Assembly: GCA_049303335.1 (NCBI GenBank)
Contig: JBAQNA010000004.1
Location: forward strand, 1 to 54,558
Direction of reading: 5' to 3'
Length of the DNA: 54,558 nt
From: Candidatus Aenigmatarchaeota archaeon
Lineage (GTDB): Archaea > Aenigmatarchaeota > Aenigmatarchaeia > Aenigmatarchaeales > DAIDAN01
Position numbers and translations under genes: made by a program. Below the pieces are notes generated by a model, which ran no database searches, was not told where the DNA came from, and worked only from the letters and a program-made list of their open reading frames with translations. This document shows, in pieces, positions 36,498-44,957 of the stretch; position 1 is the first letter of the stretch; the number at the start of each line of letters is the position of its first letter.

Positions 36498-37240
36498 TCG
36501 TGCAAATTATATCCTCCGTCTGCGATTATCACTTCTCCCGTTATGTAGCTCGAATCGTCGGACGCCAGAAATAGCGCTATTTTCGCGATTTCTTCCGGCT
36601 TTCCTATTCTTTTTAATGCAGCTTCTTTTGAACAGCTTTCAATGCCTTTCGGGTCGCCTGCTGTCATATCAGTATCAATCATTCCGGGAGCTATTGCGTT
36701 TACGCGAATATTCGGACCGAATTCTTTCGCAAATCTTTTTGTAAGATAAATCACGCCCGCTTTCGAAGCGCCATATACTGGAGCGCCGGCAAAGTTTGTT
36801 GCGCCGTATATCGAAGATATGTTCACTATTGCTCCTGATTTATGGTTTTGCATATTTGCCGTCGCCTCTTTCGTGCAAAGCATTACGCTTTTCAGATTCG
36901 TGTTTAGTGTATCGTTCCAATTTTTTTCGTTAAATTCTGTCGCTTCATTATGTATATACACGCCCGCGTTGTTCACAAGAATGTCTATCCTGCCGAATTT
37001 CTTTACGGCTTCTTCAAACAGTTTCTTGACCTGCCTCTCATCGGAAACGTCGGCCATTACGGCAATCGCATCCGCCCCGGTTTTCTTTATCTCAGCAACT
37101 ACATTTTCCGCCTCTTCTTTTGACTTGAAATAATTGACAACAACCTTTGCGCCGTTTCTCGCGAACTCCAAGGCTATCGCCTTTCCGATGCCGCGGCTTG
37201 AGCCCGTGACAATCGCAACTTTTCCGTCGAGTTTTTTCAT
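36494..37240 (-). CDS. short-chain dehydrogenase/reductase (FabG-like)
   Basis: TGSSRGIGKAIA cofactor motif, NNAG, and catalytic YGASKAG. Confidence 0.9.
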   Translation of the reverse strand: MKKLDGKVAIVTGSSRGIGKAIALEFARNGAKVVVNYFKSKEEAENVVAEIKKTGADAIAVMADVSDERQVKKLFEEAVKKFGRIDILVNNAGVYIHNEATEFNEKNWNDTLNTNLKSVMLCTKEATANMQNHKSGAIVNISSIYGATNFAGAPVYGASKAGVIYLTKRFAKEFGPNIRVNAIAPGMIDTDMTAGDPKGIESCSKEAALKRIGKPEEIAKIALFLASDDSSYITGEVIIADGGYNLHE

Positions 37241-37246
37241 AATAAT

Positions 37247-38512
37247 TCACATCATCCATTGCTTTATTTCGCGCAGCTTTTTTATGTCGTTCGCATAAAG
37301 CTCGCCGATCCTTTCGAACTTGTAATAGTCCATCACGAGCCTGTCAAAACCGGGGCCCCAGGCAAGAACGGGCACGAACTTTCCGAGTATAGGCTCCACG
37401 ACTTCAGGCCTGAAAATTCCGGCGCCGCCGAGCTCAACCCATTTTTGGTGAACTGGATGAAAAATCTCTATGCCTATGCTCATCTCAGTGTAAGGAAAAT
37501 AAGACGGCCTGAACCTCGCCTTCTCGAATCCCATCTTCTTGTAAAACTCTTTCAAGTATCCGAGAAGATGACGGAAGTTAACGTTCTCGTCAATCACAAT
37601 TCCTTCCGTCTGGTTGAACTCGAAGCCGTGCTTCCAGTCCATTGTCTCGTTCCTGAAGCACCTTCCAACCGCGAAATATTTCGCCGGCAGACCGTCTTTC
37701 TTTATCTGGGAAATTGTTTTCAGGCTCAGGCAGGTCGTGTGCGTCCTCAAAACGTATTTTCTTGCGACTTCCGGGTCCCACTTTCCTCCCCAACCGATTG
37801 AGCCTTCCGTGCCTTTTTCGTGCGCTTCCCTGATTTTTTGCACAAGCTTCTCGTCCGGCAGCTTTCCCTTTCCGGGCTCCATGAAAAAAGTGTCGTGCAT
37901 CTCCCGGACCGGATGATCCTGCGCGGTGAACAGCGCGTCAAAGTTCCAGAACGAAAGTTGGACGAGCGGCCCTTCCATCTCCTTGAATCCCATTTCCGTC
38001 CAGACTTTTCTTGCGTAATCGACTGCCTGCATCACTGGATGCCTTCTTCCGGGAGAAATTCTTGGCGCAGGCGCGCTGATGTCGTATTTCCTGAACGGCA
38101 CGTTCTTCCAGACTTCCGACTTTATTATTTCCGGAGTTAGCTGCGAGATTTCCTTTTCCCTGAACTCGAATTTTTCCCTTGCCTCCTCGATAAGCTTTCG
38201 CGACAGAAGAATTTTTTCTGAATTGGTATCAATCGGTTTTCCATTCTTCGCGCTTTCAAGAGCGGCCTCCAATTCGGATCTTCCAGAAGAGACTTTTTTT
38301 CCGTTTATTGTAATCTCAAGGTCGCCCCCTTTTATCTCAATCCAATCATTCTTCTTTGCCCACATGAATCCGATTGAGAAGTAGGGAAGTTTTTGCAAAT
38401 CCTTCATCGACTTGCTACCGCGCGAAATTTCCTTCAGCAGTCGCAGCTCCGGCAATCCTTCCTTCAGGTATTCCTCGCCTTCTTTTGTAAGATGGTATGG
38501 CATAAAATTCAC
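37247..38512 (-). CDS. pheS: phenylalanyl-tRNA synthetase alpha subunit (archaeal type)
   Basis: Class II motifs FRNE (motif 2 region) and GAGIFRPEV (motif 3). HPVREMHDTFF is present. Confidence 0.92.
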   Translation of the reverse strand: MNFMPYHLTKEGEEYLKEGLPELRLLKEISRGSKSMKDLQKLPYFSIGFMWAKKNDWIEIKGGDLEITINGKKVSSGRSELEAALESAKNGKPIDTNSEKILLSRKLIEEAREKFEFREKEISQLTPEIIKSEVWKNVPFRKYDISAPAPRISPGRRHPVMQAVDYARKVWTEMGFKEMEGPLVQLSFWNFDALFTAQDHPVREMHDTFFMEPGKGKLPDEKLVQKIREAHEKGTEGSIGWGGKWDPEVARKYVLRTHTTCLSLKTISQIKKDGLPAKYFAVGRCFRNETMDWKHGFEFNQTEGIVIDENVNFRHLLGYLKEFYKKMGFEKARFRPSYFPYTEMSIGIEIFHPVHQKWVELGGAGIFRPEVVEPILGKFVPVLAWGPGFDRLVMDYYKFERIGELYANDIKKLREIKQWMM

Positions 38513-38513
38513 T

Positions 38514-38918
38514 TTATTTTAGTATCTCATTTCTATGTTTCAATAAAAAAATCTTTTCCTCTCTTGATATCAGTTTATTAACAGCATCTTCAAACGCAAT
38601 CCATAACGGAATATGACCTTTTTCCTTTTCAATAATCTTTTCCGAATTTGCCCTAAACAAAAACAAATGAACTTTCCTGATAACATTTTGCTTTGCTGAC
38701 GAAGGGCGCACAACAACACCAAGTTTTTTTATCGGTTTCAGCTTCAATCCGGTATCTTCAAAGATTTCTCTTTCCGCGGCATTTTCTATTGTCTCATCAT
38801 CCACGCTTCCGCCGGGAAGCTGGTATCTGCCGTGTTCCAAAATCAGGCAAATCTGTTTCTTTTCATTTACAACGACTCCTGCTGCGCGAGCGCTAAATTC
38901 TTTCATATTATTTTTCAC
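38514..38918 (-). CDS. Nudix hydrolase
   Basis: Nudix box GGSVDDETIENAAEREIFEDTGL. Confidence 0.85.
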   Translation of the reverse strand: MKNNMKEFSARAAGVVVNEKKQICLILEHGRYQLPGGSVDDETIENAAEREIFEDTGLKLKPIKKLGVVVRPSSAKQNVIRKVHLFLFRANSEKIIEKEKGHIPLWIAFEDAVNKLISREEKIFLLKHRNEILK

Positions 38919-39742
38919 TTAAGATTTTTTTCTTTCGGATAGCTTCCGAAAACACTTATCTTTTTTGTCCTCTGCTCTAATTCTTGCAAAGCATCGTTTA
39001 TTAGTTTATCCTTCCTGTGACCTTCCACATCGATGAAAAAGACATATTCCCCGAGCTTTTTCTTGCTCGGCCTCGATTCCAGCTTGGTGAGGTTTATTTT
39101 TCTTTTTGAAAAGATTTCGAGCATCTCGTAAAGAAGCCCTGGCTTGTCGTTCTGTGGGAACACGACGAACGAAGTCTTGTCGCTGCCCGAAGGCTCCGCG
39201 TCAGCGTGGTTTATCGCGAAAAACCTTGTCATATTGTTTTTCTCGTCGTGCACGTCCTCCCTTATTATTTTCAGCCCGTACAATTCCGCCGCGAGCTTCG
39301 AGCAAAGGCACGCTTTCTTCACGTCTTTCATCTTTGCAATCTCCTCGGCTGCCGCGGCTGTCGAGCTCGTCTGGAAAGTCTTTACGGGCGTTTCCCTGTT
39401 CAGCGAATGCAGAAAGTTCCTGCATTGACCGAGGGCCTGCGTGTGCGAGTGCACTTCCGTTATTTCTTCAATCTCGCCGAATCCGCAAAGGCAGTGCCTT
39501 ATCGGAATTATTATCTCCCTTTTTATTTTTTCGTCCGTCTCGATGAGCGCGTCAAACGTGATTCCGACGCCGCCCTCTATCGAGTTCTCAACGGGCACGA
39601 TTCCGCTGTCGGCTTTTCTCTGCTCCACGAGATCGAAAACGTCCCAGATGGAGTTCACGAAAATCATCTCCGCGTTCCTGTCATACTTCAAAGCAGCCTC
39701 GTGGCTGAAAGTTCCATCAGGCCCCAAAACCGCCAGTTTCAT
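38915..39742 (-). CDS. pheA: prephenate dehydratase (PDT + ACT domains)
   Basis: LGPDGTFSHEAA near the N-terminus. TRF and ESRPS motifs (LTKLESRPSKKKLGEYVFFIDVEGH). Confidence 0.9.
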   Translation of the reverse strand: MKLAVLGPDGTFSHEAALKYDRNAEMIFVNSIWDVFDLVEQRKADSGIVPVENSIEGGVGITFDALIETDEKIKREIIIPIRHCLCGFGEIEEITEVHSHTQALGQCRNFLHSLNRETPVKTFQTSSTAAAAEEIAKMKDVKKACLCSKLAAELYGLKIIREDVHDEKNNMTRFFAINHADAEPSGSDKTSFVVFPQNDKPGLLYEMLEIFSKRKINLTKLESRPSKKKLGEYVFFIDVEGHRKDKLINDALQELEQRTKKISVFGSYPKEKNLK

Positions 39743-39751
39743 TCATAACAC

Positions 39752-40030
39752 CTATTGTTTCTCCATTCGCTTCTCTTCGCTTTTTCTCGTATGCTCGATT
39801 ATCTTCCAAAAAACGTCCTCCGCCATTTTTTCGTCAAGCCCTTTTTCTTTCGCCAGAATTTTCACGCTCTCTATCACCGCTTTCTCGCGCTCGGGCGCGC
39901 GAACGGGCAGTCCGCGCCGCTTTTTGTATTCCGCAATCTCGCCCGCGACTTCCATCCTTTTCGAGAGCAGTTCGACTATTTCCGTGTTCAGCTTGTCTAT
40001 CTCCACGCGCAGTTCTTCGATGGTTTTCAT
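39752..40030 (-). CDS. chorismate mutase (AroQ class, monofunctional)
   Basis: 92 aa. ELRVEIDKLNTEIVELLSKRMEVAGEIAEYKKRRGLPVRAPEREKAV is the typical AroQ helix pattern. Confidence 0.85.
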   Translation of the reverse strand: MKTIEELRVEIDKLNTEIVELLSKRMEVAGEIAEYKKRRGLPVRAPEREKAVIESVKILAKEKGLDEKMAEDVFWKIIEHTRKSEEKRMEKQ

Positions 40031-40036
40031 TTATTT

Positions 40037-40243
40037 TCACCTGCAGTATATCCTGCAAACTATTGGAAGAACTGAACCTTTTCTTTTTGCAATGCCTTCA
40101 GAAACCCTGTACGTGCATCCGTCGCCGAGATTGGTGCAACCGTATCGATATCCGGTACAATTCTTTACGTCTTCAACAGGATCTTGAGAAATGCATTTTA
40201 TCTCCTGCAAAAGATTCTCATCCGAACCGTTTTTACCAGCCAT
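40037..40243 (-). CDS. small Cys-rich protein (68 aa from the ATG at 40243)
   Basis: SD-like gaggtga lies 5 nt upstream of the ATG at 40243. It has six Cys (KCIS, KNCTGYRYGCTNLGDGCTY, IVCRIYC). It ends 6 nt before the chorismate mutase start. Confidence 0.4.
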   Translation of the reverse strand: MAGKNGSDENLLQEIKCISQDPVEDVKNCTGYRYGCTNLGDGCTYRVSEGIAKRKGSVLPIVCRIYCR

Positions 40244-40260
40244 ATTGCTCACCTCATTTT

Positions 40261-40516
40261 TTATCTGCCTAAAGCGCTTAAAAAACCCCGCGCCGCTTTT
40301 TCATCCCCTTCGACAATCTTCAGCTCCCCTACTCTTGTCACATACCCTCCCGCGTACCCGCCGTTGTTTACCCACACATAATACGGCGATGAATGCATCC
40401 CTGTGATAGTATATTCCATTAACATCTCTTTTAAGAACAGCCAAAGCGGATTCGCTATCTTTTCCGATATTTATTATCGCAGAAACAGGACTGTCGGAAT
40501 CCGTGCACTTCCCCAC
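40261..40516 (-). pseudogene. possible frameshifted or degraded small gene
   Basis: Protein-like translation switches frame near 40385. Frame A gives GKCTDSDSPVSAIINIGKDSESALAVLKRDVNGIYYHRDAFIAV, followed by an Arg-rich tail. Frame B gives ...YYVWVNNGGYAGGYVTRVGELKIVEGDEKAARGFLSALGR* (stop 40261-40263). Confidence 0.3.
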
Positions 40517-40578
40517 TGCGTTGCAAATTGGTACGGCATCGCCATCACTTTAAGAATAGCAAATGTTTGAAGCGCGTA

Positions 40579-40596
40579 TTTAAATCCTTTTCGGTG
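40579..40596 (+). promoter_or_regulatory. conserved TATA-proximal motif TTTAAATCCTTTTCGGTG (copy 1)
   Basis: Identical 18-mer at 51300-51317. In both copies exactly 12 nt separate the motif from the ATG (40609 and 51330). Confidence 0.55.
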
Positions 40597-40608
40597 CAAT
40601 AAAAAAGT

Positions 40609-40929
40609 ATGAGCGAGATAAAAGACGGGAATATTATAATAGGCGTTCCTGAAAGAATAGAAAAAAGACTTAAGACGAAAAAGAATTATTTGTGTTGTAA
40701 GTGCGAAACAAAAGAAACGATAATATATCGAACTGATGAAGAGTTTTCCTTTAATTCTGTAACAAAAAAGACTCAACCTCTGGTGAAGGTCACAAAAGAC
40801 AAAGATGATGTTTATCATATTAAACTATTCAATAAGGGTGAAGACTTGAAAACAGAGATTGAATATTTTATTAATTACCCGCCAATTGCCGACTCATTAA
40901 CAGGATTTCCAGAACTGAATTATTTCTAA
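40609..40929 (+). CDS. hypothetical protein (AT-rich ORFan)
   Basis: 106-aa ORF preceded by the conserved promoter motif. No family recognised. Confidence 0.45.
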   Translation: MSEIKDGNIIIGVPERIEKRLKTKKNYLCCKCETKETIIYRTDEEFSFNSVTKKTQPLVKVTKDKDDVYHIKLFNKGEDLKTEIEYFINYPPIADSLTGFPELNYF

Positions 40930-42062
40930 ATCATCCTTCCCCACATTTCTTTCGCAAGCTTTCCGGAATATTTCATCCTGTCAACGGCTTTGTCCGCTTT
41001 CTCCTTTCTCCTGTTGTGCTCCTTCAGGAATGCGTTGATTTTCTCAATCAGTATCTGCTTCAATTCGCCGGTCAAAAGTTTTCCGCTCTTATATTCTTCC
41101 CTAATCTTCTCAATTTTCCTGTCGTCATCCTCGAACAAAATGTAAAGCCACTGGAACGCGACATCGATGTCGGGATTGCCGCCGAGCCTGCGGTGCTCCT
41201 CTATCGTGGATTGCCCGCCGGAGAAAGCGTATTTGTTTATCTTGTTCGCAACGGTTTTTTCGTCGTCGGATAAAAAGATGGCAGATTCCGCCACACTCGA
41301 GCTCATTTTGCCTTCCGGGCCGGTCAGCGGCGGGAAGAAGGTACTGTGTATTGCTGCGGTCTTGCAAAAGCCCAGGCTCTCGGCTATGTCGCGCTGCGGC
41401 CTCCAATAATTATCCTGGTCTATGCCGCAGGGTATCAGGCATCTTTTCTCTTCAAAAAAAGTCGGAATTATCTGCAGAGCGGGATAGAACATCATCCCGA
41501 TATTGGATTGCTCGTTGAATCCGAAAATCGCCTTTGCGTTGGAGAAGTTTATCTTTTTTGCGGTTTTCATCAGGACGGGATAGAAGTTTTTCACGTATTC
41601 GCTGTTCTGGAACAGGAACGTCCTGTTCTCGTCAAAGCCGAGCGCGGCTATGTGCGCTATGTCCTCCTTTGCCCTTTCCTGCACTTCTTCCCAGGAAAGT
41701 TTCTGCTTGAACAGGAATTTTTCCTCGTCAGGTATCTGAAGGTATGCGTTGACCTTGAATTTTTCCTGCAGCCATTTTGTGAATAAGAATGAAATCAAAT
41801 GCGCCAGCGTCATTGCACCGCCTGGGCTCCTGCCAGTATACAGGAAAAACCCCTTTCCGCTTTCGCAGTCCTTCAGCACCAAATCCAGGTCGCGGTGCGA
41901 GAAGAAAAAATCCCTGCGCAAGAAAACGTGCGAGCCTCCGGCGAGCTTTTCCATCCTCGCTTTCAGCTGCGCGTCTATCGGCTTCGTCCCGAACTCCTTT
42001 ATCAGCTTATCGTAGTCGATCTTTCCCTCCACTTCCCACGGGGTCACCTTGAAATCCGCCAT
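40926..42062 (-). CDS. trpS: tryptophanyl-tRNA synthetase (archaeal/eukaryotic type)
   Basis: VTPWEVEGKIDYDKLIKEFG. HIGH-region variant GAMTLAHL. KWLQEKF...IPDEEKF. KMSKS-type motif GKMSSS. Start is placed at MADFKV (42062) to avoid overlap with the upstream ORF. Confidence 0.88.
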   Translation of the reverse strand: MADFKVTPWEVEGKIDYDKLIKEFGTKPIDAQLKARMEKLAGGSHVFLRRDFFFSHRDLDLVLKDCESGKGFFLYTGRSPGGAMTLAHLISFLFTKWLQEKFKVNAYLQIPDEEKFLFKQKLSWEEVQERAKEDIAHIAALGFDENRTFLFQNSEYVKNFYPVLMKTAKKINFSNAKAIFGFNEQSNIGMMFYPALQIIPTFFEEKRCLIPCGIDQDNYWRPQRDIAESLGFCKTAAIHSTFFPPLTGPEGKMSSSVAESAIFLSDDEKTVANKINKYAFSGGQSTIEEHRRLGGNPDIDVAFQWLYILFEDDDRKIEKIREEYKSGKLLTGELKQILIEKINAFLKEHNRRKEKADKAVDRMKYSGKLAKEMWGRMI

Positions 42063-42067
42063 AAAAA

Positions 42068-42418
42068 TCACCGCTTGCGCGCGCAGCCGTTTCTGCATGT
42101 AAAAATTGGTTCGTCTTCTATATAATCTTTTTCGCCTTCAAAGACTTTCTTCATATCCAATACGCGATGCCTGTCCATTACGCTATAGCACTTCAGGCAT
42201 ACCAGCGTTTCTTCTTTGTTCTTCAACATCAAGGGCTTTAACGGAAACTTCTCCTTTTTTGTGTTGTCGGCGAGTTCTGAAATCCCGAGAAAACATTCCG
42301 TTGCCTCGTATTCTGATTTTCCGATATAGAGAGTTACATGGCTCTCTTTTCTGTTCGAACCTTCAAATCTTGCGCCGCCCAGCCTTACTTCATACAAATC
42401 TCCAAAGTCCTTCACCAT
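42068..42418 (-). CDS. hypothetical protein with a possible zinc ribbon
   Basis: 116-aa ORF with CLKC...CRNGC. It lies directly upstream of trpS. Confidence 0.4.
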   Translation of the reverse strand: MVKDFGDLYEVRLGGARFEGSNRKESHVTLYIGKSEYEATECFLGISELADNTKKEKFPLKPLMLKNKEETLVCLKCYSVMDRHRVLDMKKVFEGEKDYIEDEPIFTCRNGCARKR

Positions 42419-42622
42419 TGTTTTTTACAGCCATATTTTTCACCTCTTTTTGTTTTCGTAAAATCAGTTAAAAAAATAAAAACTCATAGATGCTTTTTTC
42501 TTCATCTCCATTATTTTCATGACGATGATAATTGCTATCAATTAGAAATTCATAAGCAACTTTTTCATCGTCATTGTTTTCTTTACCCATATTTTTCATC
42601 TCTTTTTCTTTTTAGAATTTTT

Positions 42623-42925
42623 TCAGAACTTCCAGAACGCTTTTTGTGGCCACCGGCTGTCAAGAACCACTAATATTTTTCTTCCGAACTCCGTCAGAAC
42701 AAGCGGAACGTTCGTATTGCTTTTGTCGCCGCATTCTATCAGCTGCTTTGCCTTCAGCCTCCTGACAACGGCTTTCGCGGAGCTTTCCGAGTAAGGAAGC
42801 TGTTTCACGGCGCAAGAAAAAGTCATTCCCTCAAGAGTGGCGAGATTCAGGAATATTTCCCTTTCAAGATTGGACAGCGATGTCTCTAACAAAACTTTCA
42901 ATTCCCGTTTTCCAAAGTTCAACAC
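42623..42925 (-). CDS. small winged-helix (MarR/ArsR-like) DNA-binding protein
   Basis: FSCAVKQLPYSESSAKAVVRRLKAKQLIECGD...VPLVLTEFGRKIL fits a wHTH recognition helix plus wing. Confidence 0.5.
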   Translation of the reverse strand: MLNFGKRELKVLLETSLSNLEREIFLNLATLEGMTFSCAVKQLPYSESSAKAVVRRLKAKQLIECGDKSNTNVPLVLTEFGRKILVVLDSRWPQKAFWKF

Positions 42926-43038
42926 CGCTCATTTGTTTCACCAGCGTTTTGTTGCAGACGAACCTATTTAAGACTTCCGGGCAAAAAATCCGCCCTGCGG
43001 CTTCGTGTTTATTAAGTTCAACCGCAATTTTTATCTTC

Positions 43039-44889
43039 ATGCCGGATTTTTCATTCTTTCCTTCGGAATTCAGGGACGGGCAAAAGGAGCTCATCGAGTT
43101 CATACAGAAGGCGTCCGGAAAAAACATATGCATACAGGCGTCGTCCGGTTTTGGAAAGACCGTTTCGATACTTTCCGCGCTCCTGCCGATAGCGATAAAA
43201 GAAAACAAAAAAATCATATGGACTGTGAAGACCGGCAACGAGACCGACAGGCCGATAGAGGAATTGAAGCAGATAAACGAAAAGACAAAAAACAGCATAT
43301 TCGGCTTTTCGTACCGCGGAAAAAAAGATATGTGTCTTCTTCTTGACGCGTTCCGCGACAGGGGCGGGTTCGACTATGCGGACGTATCGTTTCTCTGCAA
43401 GCACAGCCTCAAGGAATGCAGGTATTTCAAGAACTTCGAGGCCATCGACAAAGGAATGCTCGCGGATTTTCTTTCAAGCCCGATGTTGTTTTCGGAAATT
43501 CGCGAATTCTGCGAAAGAAGGGAAATATGTCCGTATATGCTGCAAAAGGAGATGCTGAAGCACGCGAGGCTGGTCTCGATAAATTACAATTATATTTTAA
43601 GCGAGAAAATCGGCGAGGGCATTTCCAAGAAAATCGATTTTGCAGATTCCATTCTCGTGGTTGACGAGGCGCACAACATACAGCAGGCAGCTTCCAACAT
43701 AAATTCCTCGAAAATATTTTTTCACGCGCTCGACAGGGTCCTGAACGAGGCAGAGCTGTTCAGGCGCGAGGAAGCGCATCAGGAAATAAAAAAGCTTGTA
43801 AAAAACCTGGAGAAGTTTCTTGCAAAAAAGGAAAAGAGCATGAAGGAAGACGAGGAAATAGTTGAAGCGCAGGAATTCATAGAGTCCGCGGGCTCCGGAA
43901 TAAGCGACATTGCCTCGCTCTTGAACTCGATGAAGGAATTCGGAAACGCGATAAAGGAAAGACAGATGAGCGACGGGAAGGCGCCGCGCTCCAGCATGGG
44001 GCACTTGTCGGACTTCATATCGCACGTGATGAAGGACGCGGAAGAGGAAGGCGTGATACTTGTCGCGACAAAAAGCACCGGCTTCGCGCTGGAAAAATTC
44101 GACATGAGGTGCGCGCAGCTCCTGCGGGAAAGGTGGAGCCTTTTCAGCTCCTGCGTTTTCTGCTCCGGCACGCTGAATCCGATAGAGGGATTTTGCGAGG
44201 TCGCGGGTGTGGAGGATTACGCTGAAAAAACGCTGCCATCTCCTTACAGCGGGGAAAACGCGGAGGTTTTCATAACGAGGGGACTCACCACAAAATGGGA
44301 CAGCTTCAACAGCGGTATGGCGAAAAAATACGTGTCCGCGATAAAAACTTTTCTGAAGGCGCACAGCAAAAATCTCGCGGTCTTCTCTTCAAGCTACCGG
44401 ATACAGAACGAACTAATGCAAGGCGGACTGAAAGAAACCATAGAAGGACTGGGCAGAAAGGCTTTCATCGAATCGCAGGACTCGCGCGGGAGCGACGCAA
44501 AAAAATTGATGGAAGATTTCAAGCGCTCCGGCGGAAAGGGCGTTCTTGTGGCGACCGCCGGCGGCAGGTTTGCGGAGGGTGCGGATTTTCCGGGAAAGGA
44601 ACTCGAAGGTATTTTTCTCGTAGGAATTCCCTTTGACAGGATTTCCGCAAAAACGAAAGCGTGCATCGATTATTACAAGAAACTTTACGGCAGCGAGAAA
44701 GGCCAGCACTACGCCTATGTCGTGCCCGCATTCCGCAGGGTTTCGCAGACGCTCGGAAGGGCGCTGCGCTCGAAAGACGACAGGGCGATTTTCGTTCTCG
44801 GCGACGAACGGTATTCGCATCCGAGGTTCCTGCGCCTGCTGCCCGACTACATAAGGGAGAACGCGAAGCTGGTCGAGTTTCTGGGTTGA
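43039..44889 (+). CDS. xpd: XPD/Rad3-family Fe-S DNA helicase
   Basis: FRDGQKE, Walker A SSGFGKT, and DEAH box VVDEAHNI. Four Cys lie between motifs Ia and II (DMC, FLC, ECRYF, EICPY). Start is moved to MPDFSFFPSEF at 43039, with TATA-like tttattaa about 27 nt upstream. Confidence 0.9.
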   Translation: MPDFSFFPSEFRDGQKELIEFIQKASGKNICIQASSGFGKTVSILSALLPIAIKENKKIIWTVKTGNETDRPIEELKQINEKTKNSIFGFSYRGKKDMCLLLDAFRDRGGFDYADVSFLCKHSLKECRYFKNFEAIDKGMLADFLSSPMLFSEIREFCERREICPYMLQKEMLKHARLVSINYNYILSEKIGEGISKKIDFADSILVVDEAHNIQQAASNINSSKIFFHALDRVLNEAELFRREEAHQEIKKLVKNLEKFLAKKEKSMKEDEEIVEAQEFIESAGSGISDIASLLNSMKEFGNAIKERQMSDGKAPRSSMGHLSDFISHVMKDAEEEGVILVATKSTGFALEKFDMRCAQLLRERWSLFSSCVFCSGTLNPIEGFCEVAGVEDYAEKTLPSPYSGENAEVFITRGLTTKWDSFNSGMAKKYVSAIKTFLKAHSKNLAVFSSSYRIQNELMQGGLKETIEGLGRKAFIESQDSRGSDAKKLMEDFKRSGGKGVLVATAGGRFAEGADFPGKELEGIFLVGIPFDRISAKTKACIDYYKKLYGSEKGQHYAYVVPAFRRVSQTLGRALRSKDDRAIFVLGDERYSHPRFLRLLPDYIRENAKLVEFLG

Positions 44890-44957
44890 AAAAGATTAAT
44901 AAGCTTATTGAATAATGATTAATAGAAGTTTCTATAAAATTCAGAAGGTGAAGAAAA

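Noticed and set aside
40474-40818. 114-aa minus-strand ORF overlapping the promoter motif and the 5' end of the 40609-40929 gene
   Set aside because: It is an AT-rich chance frame rich in Phe/Ile/Tyr. It conflicts with the promoter-plus-ATG architecture on the plus strand, which is duplicated at 51300-51332.
42880-43038. N-terminal 53-codon extension of the XPD ORF in the track
   Set aside because: The extension overlaps the convergently oriented wHTH gene (42623-42925) and has no helicase similarity. MPDFSFFPSEFRDGQ at 43039 matches XPD N-termini and has a TATA-like box about 27 nt upstream.
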